Shown: positions 41,187-55,452 of the stretch, piece after piece
Layout: each line of letters opens with the position of its first letter
Position numbering within the stretch: position 1 is the stretch's first letter
Assembly (NCBI GenBank): GCA_012295275.1
Contig: CM022667.1
Coordinates: 17,112,001-17,176,000 of the forward strand
Source of the DNA: Chrysomallon squamiferum
Lineage: Eukaryota; Animalia; Mollusca
DNA length: 64,000 bases
Direction of reading: 5' to 3'
Made by a program: the position numbers and the translations under genes
Notes under the pieces: model-generated
Seen by the model: the letters and a program-made list of their open reading frames with translations, nothing else
What the model was told of the DNA's origin: nothing
Databases searched by the model: none

Positions 41187-41509
41187 ATATACACACACAC
41201 ACATATATGCACGCAGTAAACACACACGCAGAAAGATAAAACGAACAGGTATAATTATGAAGATAAAAAAGATAAGGAAAAGTTAACATATCCCACACAA
41301 AAAGGGGGGAAAAAAGGAAGAAGCTGTTGTAAGTCATCCAGCTTTGTTTCTGAAATGCATATAAACTCGTTCATCTCTGATTATAACGTACAAACGCTAA
41401 CACTATCTGTGACAGACAACTCGGTAGATTAAAATCATTTTTCAGATAGCTGGTTGACTGGTGAGAGAACTAGAGAAGAAACTGAAATATCTGATAAGAA
41501 GAAGAAAAA

Positions 41510-41513
<4 letters not shown>

Positions 41514-41590
<77 letters not shown>
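41514..41590. repeat. (GA)n microsatellite
   Basis: Pure GA run. Confidence 0.98.
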
Positions 41591-41592
<2 letters not shown>

Positions 41593-43299
41593 TTATTCTT
41601 GTATGACATTAATTAATCAAACAACAGTACCATTATTTTATATCACACTGTGAATTACACAACAAAGGAATCATTTATGTGAACATTACTACATACAGAA
41701 ACCACAAAATATTATCTTGTTAAACTAGTTTTAAATTAACGTGGAATGAGCCTTGCCTATACGCAAATAAATCTTCCATAAACCAGTTTTAAATAAACTT
41801 TTAATGTAGCAGTTTCAAAACAAATCTTCAACACAATAAAAATAGTTTTATAAAATAACTTTCATACACAAAACGCTAATTCGGCCACACTTTGTGTAAA
41901 GAAATAATCGTAAAACCACGGACGTACTGAGGAGTTCTGATCCCGCGGCTCACGGAACTCGAGGCGACATTTCCAGCCAGCAGGGTGAGCTGTTAAAGGC
42001 GAGTGTTAGGAAACTCGCCGCGCAGACTTCGTGCTGTGGAAGTTACTGAGCAGCAATAAAAGTTCGCGTTACAAATATTTAGGTGTGCGTGGTGAGAATG
42101 AAGCTGGCGACTTTAAATATTTAGCATACGCGACTTTTTAATGATCCGCTATTGAAACGCCATCTGTCATCAAGGGGGGTAATCAAAGCGCAAAAAAGCA
42201 CAACAAATAAACAAACGGAATGGCGTGATGATTGGGTGAGACTGACATGTTATCCAGTTACAGCCCACCAACGTGAAACAGAGCCGCAAAACAACAACAA
42301 AACAACAACAAAACAACGACAAAACAACGACAAAACAACAACGACGATATTGAAATAATAACTCTGAAAAAAAAAAAGAAAGAGAGCATAAAAAAAGGAG
42401 GAAATTTAGGAGAAAAAGAATAGAGAAAAAAAAGGAAAAAAAAAAAAAACAAAAAAAAAAAAAAAAAAGAAAAAGAACAAAACAAAAACAAAAGATAAGA
42501 AAATATAAATAAAGAAATAAACAGGAAATATATCAAAAACCAAAAACACATAAAAATCACAAATAATACTATTTACAGCAGCACCATCAATAAACAGACA
42601 AGCAAACAAATGAAAAATGAAGTAAATAAAATAAATAAACTATAAATAAATAAACCACAATTACCTATTCAGTTACAAAATAAATTACAAGCTATTTAGA
42701 AACTAAATGATAAATAAATGAATGATAAAAGGGAGGAATTTTACGAAAGGATGTAACACTTTAAATTAAACAAAATTTCTCAAAGGGAGTTAACCCGATT
42801 ATGGAAGGGCAAATCACTACAACTGATCAATTAAGGAAGTCGTGACTTACACACACTAGTATTTCTTAATTAACAAACCTTACTCCGTAGCGATAAGATT
42901 GATTCACATTTACGAACTTTGACGAACTCCTCCGGAAATGGAGGGAGGGGCTAATTAGAGTTCCGATTGTTACCGATTTGACAAATGACATCGCCTTTTC
43001 TTATCGCGATGCAGATTTTAGAAGTGGGGGAGGGGCAATTATAAATATTGAATTTCTGAAGTGCATTACAAGCAGTCAAATATCTTAACAGCTAAAAATT
43101 CCCACAGTAATTCTGTAACAAAATAAGTTATATATATACATACATACACACGTACGTGGGAAGACTGGCACAGTTCATTTACTAAAACTGTGTATGTGTG
43201 TTTATTTTTTCTTACTAAAACGTTATTTAGGTTATGGATTCATGAAAATAAAATAAATAAAATAAACAAAATAAAAAAGTAATAAATAAATAAATAAAT

Positions 43300-43318
43300 A
43301 CTACTACTAATGAAACTA

Positions 43319-43368
<50 letters not shown>

Positions 43369-43847
43369 GCTACTACTACTACTACTACTACTAATAATAA
43401 AGATAACGATTATGATGACAGTAACAACAACAACAACAACTAGTGATAGTAGAACTACTACTAATATTGATACTACTACTACTACAACTACTGATGTTTC
43501 GACAACAAATGCTGTTATAATGTCATTATTATTAGTATGCTGCTGCTGCTGTTACTACTACTACTACAACTATTAATACTACTACTACAATTACTTCACT
43601 ACTGTTACAACTATTACTATAATTACCGTTGATGTTGCTAGTGGTAGTGGTTTTAGTAGTGGTACAAAACGTACTGGTATTAATTCTACTACTGCTGTTA
43701 CCGCTACCATTACTAACACTGTTACAGTACAACTACTATTTCTGTTATAGTTACTGCTGTCATTCTTTCTCCTGCAGTTATTATTGTTTATGAAACTGAC
43801 ACTCCTATCCAACGATAAATATAAACAAACAAACAAACAAAATAATA

Positions 43848-43926
<79 letters not shown>

Positions 43927-44260
43927 GAAGAAGAAGAAAGAAAGAAAGAAAGAACAAGTTACTAGTATTATCAACGTTTTTATTACTACTAATGACATTA
44001 CCAGTACTACCACTATTATTATTACCAGCACCTTACTACAACACCATCATCACCACTGCCACAACAGCTACTACTGCTACTTCCACTACTATTACTGCTA
44101 CTACAGTAATAGCAACTACCACTACTGGGACTATTATTGCTACTACTGCTACTACTAGTACTACTACTGCTAATAATAGTTACTAAGACTAATGTTTTTA
44201 CTATTACTACAATAACAACAGCAACAAAGGTATTACTGCTACATCTACTAACGCCGCTAA
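43300..44260. repeat. Extended (ACT)n/(AAT)n-derived low-complexity region
   Basis: Degenerate trinucleotide tracts giving poly-L/T/N/Y pseudo-ORFs. Confidence 0.85.
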
Positions 44261-45526
44261 AACATTTATTCAGTACTCCATCATCACCTAAATCCTAAGA
44301 CTTCATGTCGAAGTTGCTAGAAAAAAAATCGTAGCTACACACTCGCGTCTGCTAAAGTCGTAACATCTAAAACGTCAATAAATAATCTTTATTTCGCGTT
44401 TTAACGTCTATAAATAACGTTAAATGGACCTCGAAGTCGATATATTCATGCAAGACGAAAGGAGTTATTTCCCCTAGACCGAGGAAAAATACCTGATTAT
44501 TGTCTCGCGTTATTTCACGTTTCACCGATTGACAAAGGAACAAAAATGTTTGGAAGAGAAAGCGTAATTAAATAATTAGATAATATAATTAATACAAAAA
44601 TAGAAATATGTAGTGCATGATAACATTTTCTGTAATTTCGCTTTGACGAACATTTTCTTTTTTGTGCGGAAACAAAACGAAAAAGATCTGAGAAGGCAGA
44701 AATACATCAATCGTCGACAACATAAAGATTTTAAGTATCTAAGCATATAGACCGAACATAAATAAAACATGTCTTAGCTCAAATAGTCTATACTGATTGA
44801 GTCGTTTTTGTAACGATGTTGTAAGTAATATTAACGAAACTGCAAAAGAGATTTAAATATATATATATTATATACAGCTTTGACTATAGTTATAATATTC
44901 TGTTTGCCCATATTTTATTTTTCAGTTGTTATTTTATATTTTGTTATATCGTTTTTTCTTATGACAATACATTCCGCATAAAAGTGGGGAGAAGGTTTAT
45001 ATAAACTTATTTTACAGAATCACAGTAGTATGTTAATATTTACAAGTCATCCAAACATTGACGTGTTTTTCCTATCTTTATTATCTTCCCTATAAAACTG
45101 ATTTCCCTACAGCAGTGATATATGGAGGCATCTGTGTAAGGTTTGTGATTCGTTGTAATAATTATAAACATTAACCACATATCATAAACCAGATCAACAT
45201 ATTCCAGTTTCTTTTTTCTTTTTGTTTTTTTTTTTCTTTTTTTGTTTTTAATAGTTTCTTCATGTATTTTTTTGTTATTGTTTTTTCTTTCTTTCTTTCT
45301 TTTCTTTCTTTTTAATTTTTTTTTCTATAGAATGGTTAGATAATGTTATTTAACATCAATAATACTGTAAATGTACCTTGAACCGTCTTTTATATTATGT
45401 TTTTTGTTATAATATCAACACTTCTGTTTATTTCATTAGGAAAATTTCATCCACCAGAATCATTGAAATATTCTTAGACAGTTTTCTTACTTCTTGTTGT
45501 TGTTTTTGTTATTATTGTTGTTGTTG

Positions 45527-45574
<48 letters not shown>

Positions 45575-45584
45575 GTTATTGTTA

Positions 45585-45649
<65 letters not shown>

Positions 45650-45799
45650 TTCTACACAATATTTATTCTTATACGTCGGTTTATCATCAATAATTTTAAA
45701 TATACTCTCTCAATTATATTTAAATATGTTTTTTCTTTATTTATTTTTATTTTTTATTTTACTTGTTTATTTATTTATTTATTTTTATTTATTTATTTA

Positions 45800-45840
<41 letters not shown>

Positions 45841-46907
45841 GTGGTTGTTGTTGTTGTTGTAAGATCAATATTAATGTACCAGTGCCATCGAAATATTTTA
45901 GGATGGTCATTTTACATAGATTTATTTTTTTTATTTTATTTTTTTTCAGTATTATCTATTATATCTTATCAATTTTTCATTCATGATATGCTAAACAACA
46001 TTTTAAATTATAACATAAGAATGTTTTATATGAAAAAAGGTTAGGATGTTCTGTTCTTCTTCTGCAGACTTATTATGTTATTGCATGCCGATATAACACT
46101 GGCATAGTTTAAACAGATCAACTGTATCTTCTAAACAAAGCGTCATAGAATCACAATGATATAGTTTTCCAACTTATGTTTTGTTCTTTGTCCCTCATAA
46201 AAATATGGATATCTGTTTAATGATAATATAAACTATATAAAATGAACTGTATTCTAATACCACTCTATTCCTTTCTTCTGTATAATTGCTGCATTATTTG
46301 ATGTCAGCGTAACATTAACAATACGCGGTAAAACGTCAACATTTTAACATACAAATACATATATAATGTATTTTAATTATATACAACGGCTATAGAATCA
46401 CACTGGGACCGTTTTTCTGACACAGAGACAATTCATTTTCCTAAAGTATTCTTAAGTAGTTGGCAATCAGTATGATATTAATGAAAAGCTATATAAAATA
46501 AACTCTTACAGTATAAATTTAGCTATATTTTATATACTATAGGACTGAAACATTATTACTAAATGCTTTATACACAAATCATTAAATAATGGAAATGAAA
46601 CTTCTGCATTTTTAGCTTGGTAACAAAAACTAACAAAATAATTTTATTCAGTTTTATAATGCAACTTAAACTAGAATCAAATTAAAATAACTGTTTTATT
46701 CTAGAATAATTAAAGAAAAATGAAATAGTTATTTATAAATAAATAAACAAATAAACAAACATACAAACAAGCAAAATAAGCAGTCAAACAAACAATAAGT
46801 AAATATTAAATAAAAAAAAAAAACTGAAGAAAAACAACAACAATAACAACAAGAAAATAAGTAAATAAATAAATAAAAAATTAATGATGATGATGATGAT
46901 GATGATG

Positions 46908-46960
<53 letters not shown>

Positions 46961-47241
46961 CAGTTATAACGAAAAAAAAAATCCCACTAATAAATAAATA
47001 AATAAATAAATTGAATAAAGTTAAAAAGAATAATTTTGCAAATTCTGTCTGAAATATTATTATCCATTTCATTTTTCATTTTTTTTTAAAATAAAAACTA
47101 GTAACAAAACCTTCCCATGACAATAGATTTCACATCAAATAACAACTAAAAAAAAAAAAAAAAAGAAACGAAGTTCAAACAGAGAATTAAAGTGGACGTT
47201 AGACTGACCGAAGCCATCATTTTGATTTATTACCCGAATAG

Positions 47242-47255
47242 ACGGCAGGGGGCGC
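47242..47255 (+). promoter_or_regulatory. CTCF-like motif ACGGCAGGGGGCGC
   Basis: Shares CAGGGGGCGCTG with the 54382 site; differs only in the 5' positions. Confidence 0.55.
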
Positions 47256-47754
47256 TGTAATGTCGTAAACTGCCGAGTGACGGTTCGGGAATGTTAGGAG
47301 CCACATCGAGGCAAGGCTGTGTACGCATCATGTCATCACACGGGGAGGTGTCAGGGACGGGACAGGGGGGTAAATGATGATTTATTGGTCCTGAGGAGCG
47401 ATCTTAATAAAGACTGACGAGAATCAAATATGGCTGCCCGGACTGGACCAGTGGAGCGAGGTAAATGACGTTGCACTGGTGGAGCCAGGATTTTTCGCGT
47501 TAGGATGTAGAAACCAAAACAACAGTCTTTGCCAGAATATATTAGTTTTTTTTTATTGTAGGTGACCCCAGTGACGTTTGTGAAATACATCTGTAACAAT
47601 ATTTAAGGCTATACAGTAGGCAGCAATAGTAACCGTCATGGCAACAAAACAACTGCGATAAAAAGAAAAACAACAACATCCACTTCTTCTTCTACTTGAA
47701 TACAGTTTAAGACATCCTTAAATAAAATTAAACTTTAACGTGTTATTTTATTTT

Positions 47755-47756
<2 letters not shown>

Positions 47757-47849
<93 letters not shown>
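47757..47849. repeat. (CT)n microsatellite
   Basis: Pure CT run. Confidence 0.98.
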
Positions 47850-47852
<3 letters not shown>

Positions 47853-50368
47853 TTTGTTCCAGTGTATATCGATCGTGTCTTTAGTCACTAAACTTCAAAT
47901 GGTCGTGTACAGTTTCAGCAGCGCCACCCGAGTTGCTCTGGTTTTAAGCTTTGTGTGAAATCGGTTTTAACACCACATCGTCGATCTCGGTTGTCCTTTC
48001 GTACCATAGGACTGAACTGGCAACTGTTACAAGCCACCTCTCTCTGTTTGCTTGTCAAATGAACTGGGAGGGGTGTTTCAAAAGTCGGGTCTTTATCAGC
48101 GTTCATTACTGGTAATATTCCGAGGAATACGTTCTCTTGCCGGTCACGCGTGTTTTCAGACCGCTGTTACGATCATGTTTGTCAAGATGTCCACGAAGCC
48201 ACGAGAGGATCACGTTTTCTCGGTTCGTGACTGCGAGGCGATCCAGAGTCTTAGGCGGGCGCGAATGTTCCGTGTGTCCTGAATACAGTGGGTTTGTCTG
48301 TTGACAAATAAAGGGATCTCTTTGAATCACGTCGGGACCTTTTTCTCTTTCTATCACTGCCATTTTTTTTTTTTTCATTTAAAATTTTGTCTGATAATAC
48401 GACATCGCAAAGTATCTCAGGCTGATTGTATATACAAGCGATCTGCCAACTGGAATGGTTATAAGGTGTCAAGGATCGTGACCTCTAACCCCAATAAAGC
48501 GACCCCTAGTGTATCGTATTTCAGGTAGAAATCTGTCACTGTATAATCGGATTGCAGAACTCAGACACACCCATGTGATGACTCGCGCCTGTCACTGGCC
48601 AATGACGAGCGAATGCGTACCCCTCATGATGGCCAGAACAAAATAGATATGAAAATATAATCATAAAATAAAATTAATGAATATAATTAATAATATTTGA
48701 ACAAGACGAACACACCCGGAGCTAAAAGCCAAAAAAAAAAAAAAAAAAAAGAAACTTAAAAGAAAAGAAAAAAAGAAAAAAAAGTAGATTTAGAAATGAA
48801 AAGATAAAATAAATCATAACATAGACCGAAAGATAAATAAAATGAAATGAAATAAAATAAAATAGGAAACAAACAAATAAAATAGCACAAAAACAACAAT
48901 GATGATAATAATATCAGTAATAAAAATAAATAAGGAACAAAGCAGCTAAACAAACAAACCAACAAATAAATAAATAAATAAATAAATAAATACAACGAAG
49001 ATATAATGAACAAATTTTCAGAAATGATTTTGTTTTAACGAGAAAATTTCAAATATTTTTTATACGCAACATTTCTTTTAAATGTATTCCTTATTTCTTG
49101 CGTGATTTTTCTTCTTAAACTGCGTTTTATTATTTCTTCTTCTTCTCTCTTTGTCTCTGTCTTGGGCCGTTTCTATCATTCTATGTCCGCAAGAATCATT
49201 TTATAAATAAATACATTTGTGTTAATAAATAAATAAAAAGTAAAATGAAGATAATACGTATCTGTGTGTTTTTGTTTGCATGAATCCATCTCGCTGCGCT
49301 CCGCTGAGCATGCGTGTGCGTGCTTCTACGCACAAACAGCCCAGCCTCGTATTTAGCACGCTGAATGGTCTTTTGTTCAGACATTCACTAACATCGAAAT
49401 GTTTCAGACAGTTGGCAATTTGTTCACTTTGAGTTTCCGCCGATGAAGAGACGAATTAATTGAGCATCGCGTGCTTCGAAAAAACACCCACGATCAACAT
49501 TGACATTTCAATAAAACGAATTTTTAGTCCAGTGAAAGAAAGAAAAAGCAAAGACATTGATTGAATTAACGATATCAAATGCAGAAAAAAAAAAAAAAAA
49601 AGAAGATGAATTAACGATAAGCCATTTACAGAATGTTTAATGTCCGTCTACTTAACGGTCTAGTTGCATTCATCTCATAATTTAAAAAAAGAAAAAAAGA
49701 AGAGAATGTACAATGGCTTAATGTGACGTATGCTACCGCAAACAACCGTCACTCAGTCGTTGCATGCAGAAAAATTATTTCTACGTCCATCACATTGCAA
49801 AATGTTACCCACGGGTCGTTAACTCAAGGTCTTAATGGGAAAAATGAGGTTAATGGAGAAAATGATGCTTAATCTGACTTCCACTTTGGCGCCGGGTCAG
49901 TAGATCTGCTAAACACATTCACTGTGCTTTTATTTCGCTTTGAAAAGTTGCACGTGGGTTTGTAAGTCTGTCGTCACTCGGCGCTGTAAGAAGCGAGACG
50001 TGGTCCTCTCCCAGTTAATGACCATGTAATTGCGCGCGCTGATAGCCGGCCGAAAGGAAATGAACTGCACGTGCAGGAATCAGCCGCGTGAATCCCACGT
50101 GAGCGCGTGACCACGAAGAGTTACGAAAGTGCAGATGCTGGGGTATAATGGTGTGACGCCTTCACAATGCTGATCTACAGATCTTGTTTGTCAGAATTTG
50201 TTCCAGATGAAGTGAAGTTTTCTGATAATCAGCCAATTTCGACACGTAATTAAAGTGCTTGGGTTCGATTCTCAGCCGTTTGCTGTCAGAGACAGTTAAT
50301 ACTCTTAGGTAACAGAGAGGACGCTGGAACCAAAAAGTTGGTGCAAAGTTGCGTGCGATGATCGCGTT

Positions 50369-50633
50369 TATGTGTGTGCACGTGTATGTGACGCTGTGTG
50401 TGTTATATGTGTGTGCACGTGTATGTGACGCTGGGTGTGTTATATATGTGTGCATGTGTATGTGACGCTGGGTGTGTTATATATGTGTGCATGTGTATGT
50501 GACGCTGGGTGTGTTATATATGTGTGCACGTGTATGTAACGCTGGGTGTGTTATATGTGTGTGCACGTGTATGTGACGCTGGGTGTGTTATATGTGTGTG
50601 CACGTGTATGTGACGCTGTGTTATATATGTGTT
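50369..50633. repeat. 37-bp minisatellite, 7 copies (GTGTGCACGTGTATGTGACGCTGGGTGTGTTATATGT)
   Basis: The (G/A)ACGCT anchor recurs at 50390, 50427, 50464, 50501, 50538, 50575 and 50612, an exact period of 37. Confidence 0.95.
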
Positions 50634-51201
50634 TACTGGGACGAGGAGAGTAAACAGAAGAGTGGAGAACAGACAAAATCACAGAATGGAAATAATACAT
50701 ACTTTGATGTCCTCTTAAACCTAACAAAACTGAGTATATTTTTAGCACCCAGAACATAAACAATAACAAATCGTTAACTTTTCCTGTATTTTTGTTTCTT
50801 TTTTCTCTCTCTGCCTTCATTAGTGTTTCTTTTCCATGACTCTCCTTGTCTTAATAACTGTATGTCCCTCTGTCTTTATAACTGCATGTCCCTCTGTCTC
50901 CTTACGTCTCTCTCCACCAATTCATCTCTCTGTCTGTGTTTTTGTAATTTGTGTTACCGCGGTACTCATCTCTGCTTTGTGTACTGCATACTTGTACATT
51001 CACATATATTATGGGTGGAATTTGTAATTTCTCTATCTATCTATCTATATATCTTTTTATCCGTTTTATTATTATTATTTTTTTTTAAATAATTTTAAAT
51101 TTTTAAATTTGTTTATCTACAATCCTCATTAGAAATAGTCTGTGTGTTTGTGGACTAGAACAAATGTTAGAAAGTGTATATAGTGTGTTTAGTATATACT
51201 G

Positions 51202-51203
<2 letters not shown>

Positions 51204-51295
<92 letters not shown>
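51204..51295. repeat. (CT)n microsatellite
   Basis: Pure CT run. Confidence 0.98.
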
Positions 51296-51299
<4 letters not shown>

Positions 51300-51645
51300 T
51301 ATTATATTTATTATTAGTATTAGTTGTTATAATAATAGTGGTAGTACTAATCGTAATAGTTGTAGTCTCAGCAGTAGTAGCAGCTGCAGTGATGTAGTAG
51401 TAGCAGCTGCAGTGATGTAGTAGTAGCATGTTTCATCACGTCTATACTTCATTAAAGGTCTGTCATTACATCTGGTCACTGTGTCGTTTGTTCTGATTCA
51501 TTCATTTATTAATCTAACTCAAGATCGCAGAACTATTTGCTGAAGCAGTTATCAAAGATAAGTATTTAAAAAACTGCCAATATTTATATATAAATAAAGA
51601 TTTGAGCAAGGATTACGAATGAAAAAGAAATTTAATATTATTTTC

Positions 51646-51691
<46 letters not shown>

Positions 51692-53662
51692 TAAAGAAAA
51701 GACAATGTCGGTGATCTGCTTTGATTTGTTATTTTATTGTTTAGTAGATTATTAGTTAAGACTGCGTCTAAGTAAGTAAAACCAAATAAAAATTTGCCTA
51801 CTTGTTAAAACCGTCACAACCAAACGCTAATAAGCAACAACAAGGGTTATTTTTATATTATCAGCAAATGCGACAAAAAATTGCATATACTTTCTACTCA
51901 TTTTGAAAGAAGACTCTTGAAAATCTCTCATTCTTCCTCCAAAGAATCTCGAACCAAAGTGTTAAGTACTTGAGGCAATAAGTAAACCATAAAACCACGA
52001 CCAGTGTCGAGGTGGACGCGCTAAAACAACACCAGTCACGACGATATGACCACGTCACAGACGTCTTCAGAAGTTTCCAGAAACGGACATATTTTCGTCT
52101 GCCGCGCGTCAGTCCCGGAAGGGCAGGCGAAGGAAGTGAAATAATTGTGTGTGGAAATCTTAGAGAACGTTCAAAAGGATCCGAGACTTTTTGCATCTAC
52201 GGTTGTCTATTTCTGTGGCGAAAGTAACACCAAAAGGAAGTAATTATTTCAGTAGATTCATTTCTAATGGCACTGACAACTCCGGCGCTGGCTGCTCGGC
52301 GGAAGGAGCGAGGGCTGGCCGCGCGAAATGCGGTTCACGTTAGACTCGCGCAGCTGCCGAGTTCCGTTATCTGCGGCCAGCTGTGCGGCCACACCCCGCG
52401 CCGGGCTGGGAGGGGGGACACGGGTGAAATGTGAGATTCTCAAACACAGATGTCGCTCGAATTCTCAAAATACTCGCCGACGTGAAGTAATTTATACCTA
52501 CACGCAAACGCAGAATAATCGTCTCAGACAAGAAAACTGTGATAATAAATACATCTAACCTGGAAAAAAATTGATTTTCTTTTTCGTTTTTATCTTTCCG
52601 AAACATGTTCCTTATTTCTGGAAAATTAATGCTGTTTTAATGGTAAAATAAACGTTCTTTTACAGGGCAAGATAAATGTTATTTAATTTAAGAAAAATAA
52701 ATGTGTCATTGACAGGGAAAAAATCATGAATATTTTATAATCAGGGGGAAAGTTTTCTTTAAATTACGAGTACGAAAAACATAAAAAAGTTGTAAAATAC
52801 GTAAAGGGGAAAACTTTATATCGATAGATAAATAAATAAATAGATAGTTATTATTACTATTAAGAACAATAATTGATGTTTTATAACAGGCAGTATAAAT
52901 GTTCGCAAAGTAATTTTTATCCATAATGAAGGACTCGTGAATTTAGGAAAATTAAGTTCTTTCGTAATTCGAAAAAATGAAAGGGGTGGCGGGTGGAGAA
53001 TAAATGATCTTCATTGGATTTGTGAGAAAAGTTCCTTAATTTGGAACTTATAGGAACAATGTTATAATAATTGACGTTAAGAAAGACGTTTGGTATATTA
53101 CAAACAAACGTTTATTGCTTTATCTGGATATTGTTTATTTAATTTTTAATTTAATTTAATTTAATTTAATTTAATTTATTAGTTTTTTGGGGGTTTTATT
53201 ACGTTATATACATATTTGTTTTTAGCAATCCAGGTTTTATTATTAATATTGTTGTGTTGTTGTTGTTGTTGTTGTGTTGTTATGATGTTATTGTTATTAT
53301 TATTAACATGTACGAGCTGGACAAAACAAATATTACATAATACACATAAAATAAACAATATTTAAAACTATAAATTATCATATAAGCTGGAAAAAACAAA
53401 TAAATAAAAAAAATAAAAATCACTTACCGAACTTCAAAATCCCGGTTCATTTCGTTCATCGGGAAGCATGCTTACCGAGCAAAAGACGTATAAGTAAACA
53501 ACTGAATGACGTTATTATATACTATTGCAACGTCACCGCATTATTGACGTCATTCAGGTTTGCGGTAAACCGTATGTATAGAACATTAAAAACTACAATA
53601 TTATTAAATGCTGGCTAGAACAGAATAGATAGCTAGATGGATAAACGGATAGACAAGTCAAA

Positions 53663-53741
<79 letters not shown>

Positions 53742-54381
53742 TGTAATTATAATATCACCAAATCACTTTGAAATAAGTAAAATAATTAAAATAAAAATGG
53801 ATTTTTGGAAATTTGATAAATAAAATAAAATAAAATACGCATTATACAGCCTAATATGAAACAGTTTTAGAAAACCCCAAACCAAATGACATCAAAATAA
53901 AACCGAAACTCTTTATACTTGAAGAAACACATTTCAGTGAAAACCTTTAACTGTGAGAAACTTTAACAAACTGGACATTTCTACAACAGGTGGCAAAATC
54001 AGTTAGTCTGGCTTCATTTCATGTGAAATACTTTTTTTCTTTTCTCCTCTTCCTCCTTTCCGTCTCTCCAGCTCTTCCAGAGATCTCTGGTTTTCACTAA
54101 AACGTCTTAAACTATCGTGTTTCAAGCCTATCACGCGTATATACGTCTTGTTAATCGCATCATAGCTTGACCAAGGCTTTAAAAAGAGGGTCTTTCTTTA
54201 CCCGTCAGAAAACTAACGGTCTTTAACGGTATTTGGTTGCCACTTTTTCTCTCGACCTCACGCAAGTTTCGTATGACAAACAGCGCAGATTCGCTGCGGT
54301 GCACCTGTTCCTCAAGGTGGGAGATAAGAAAGGTCTACAAAACAATTTCAATATGGCAGCAGCAGCTGAGGGTGTTACAAC

Positions 54382-54395
54382 CCACCAGGGGGCGC
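54382..54395 (+). promoter_or_regulatory. CTCF core motif CCACCAGGGGGCGC
   Basis: Perfect match to the CTCF core consensus CCASYAGRKGGCRS followed by TG; a 12/14 GC word in a very AT-rich sequence. Confidence 0.75.
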
Positions 54396-55438
54396 TGGAC
54401 TCCAATTAACACTGAGCACTTTAAGTTCTGACAGTTTTGCCCATTTTGATTATTGTAAAAGGGTATAACGTTTCCGTCAATAATCGGAATTTTGGCGTTA
54501 TTAACACTTGAAGTAAATTCAACACGGAGTTTCTTTAACTGTTTTTAATGGGGCAGTGGTCAAATCAGGATACACAACGGGTCGTGGAATCGTTTATAAG
54601 TGGCCGCTGCTAATGTTTATTACAGTTTTTGTATATACAGCTTTTTCTGTATTAGTGATCAGACATTCAAAAACGAAAGGTTTTGAGATCGCTTCTCTGT
54701 ATCAGTCGCACACACGCACACAAGGACATACAGTCATGTATAATATTGTTTTACATGAAGAATGTTTATGACTGAAAGACATCTGGATCCCGCTCCCGTG
54801 GTTGAAGGATAGTTCTCATAATTATAAAGTATTTATATTCCATGAGTAAATAATAATGATGATGATGATGATAATATAATAATAAAGAAAAAGAAGAAGA
54901 AATAATATTGATTTATGGCTCTAAATAAAAATAAAAATAAAATTATAATTATGATACTGAACAAAAAAGTAAAAGTAAATAAATAAATAAATTTAAAATA
55001 ATGCTATTAAAACAAAGACGTCCACAAAACATACTTACTGTTATACGTTACCATCATGAAAACAACGTCAACGACAAAATGACAACGATACACAGAGCTC
55101 CCCACCTTTAACTTCAAATCCCAGACACACAATGAAACTTGAATGTAAATTATAATTACATGTACATATGTCAACGAACGTCTGAAAAGCAATAACCAAC
55201 AAAATAAATAATATTACTATATTACATAAACCCACGAATGCGAACGAAAAGTTTCCTTTTATCATAAAAAGATTTATCAGTAAATAAACTAAAACAACAC
55301 ACCTGTGAATGATTACAATAAAGAAGAAGGAATAAATTTTATTTACATGCGCGTGCTACCGCTTACGTTTCATTTCACGACAGGCAATATATTTTCAATT
55401 ATCAGGCTCGAGGCGTGTTATCGCCCCTTAACTCGATC

Positions 55439-55452
55439 GCCGCAGGTGGCGC
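55439..55452 (+). promoter_or_regulatory. CTCF-like motif GCCGCAGGTGGCGC
   Basis: CAGGTGGCGC core with two 5' mismatches to consensus; it could alternatively be an E-box (CAGGTG). Confidence 0.4.

Noticed and set aside
47921-47934. Reverse-strand CTCF-like GGGTGGCGC (also CAGATGTCGC at about 40878 and 52447)
   Set aside because: Too many mismatches in the 5' half of the core to call without a PWM score.
47915-48528. Overlapping short ORFs in a GC-richer island (likewise 51894-52606 and 59507-59896)
   Set aside because: No recognisable domain and no consistent frame or splice pattern; small exons cannot be fully excluded without RNA-seq.
50225-50280. tRNA or tRNA-derived head (B-box-like GGTTCGATTC at about 50262)
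   Set aside because: No convincing A box and no cloverleaf pairing.
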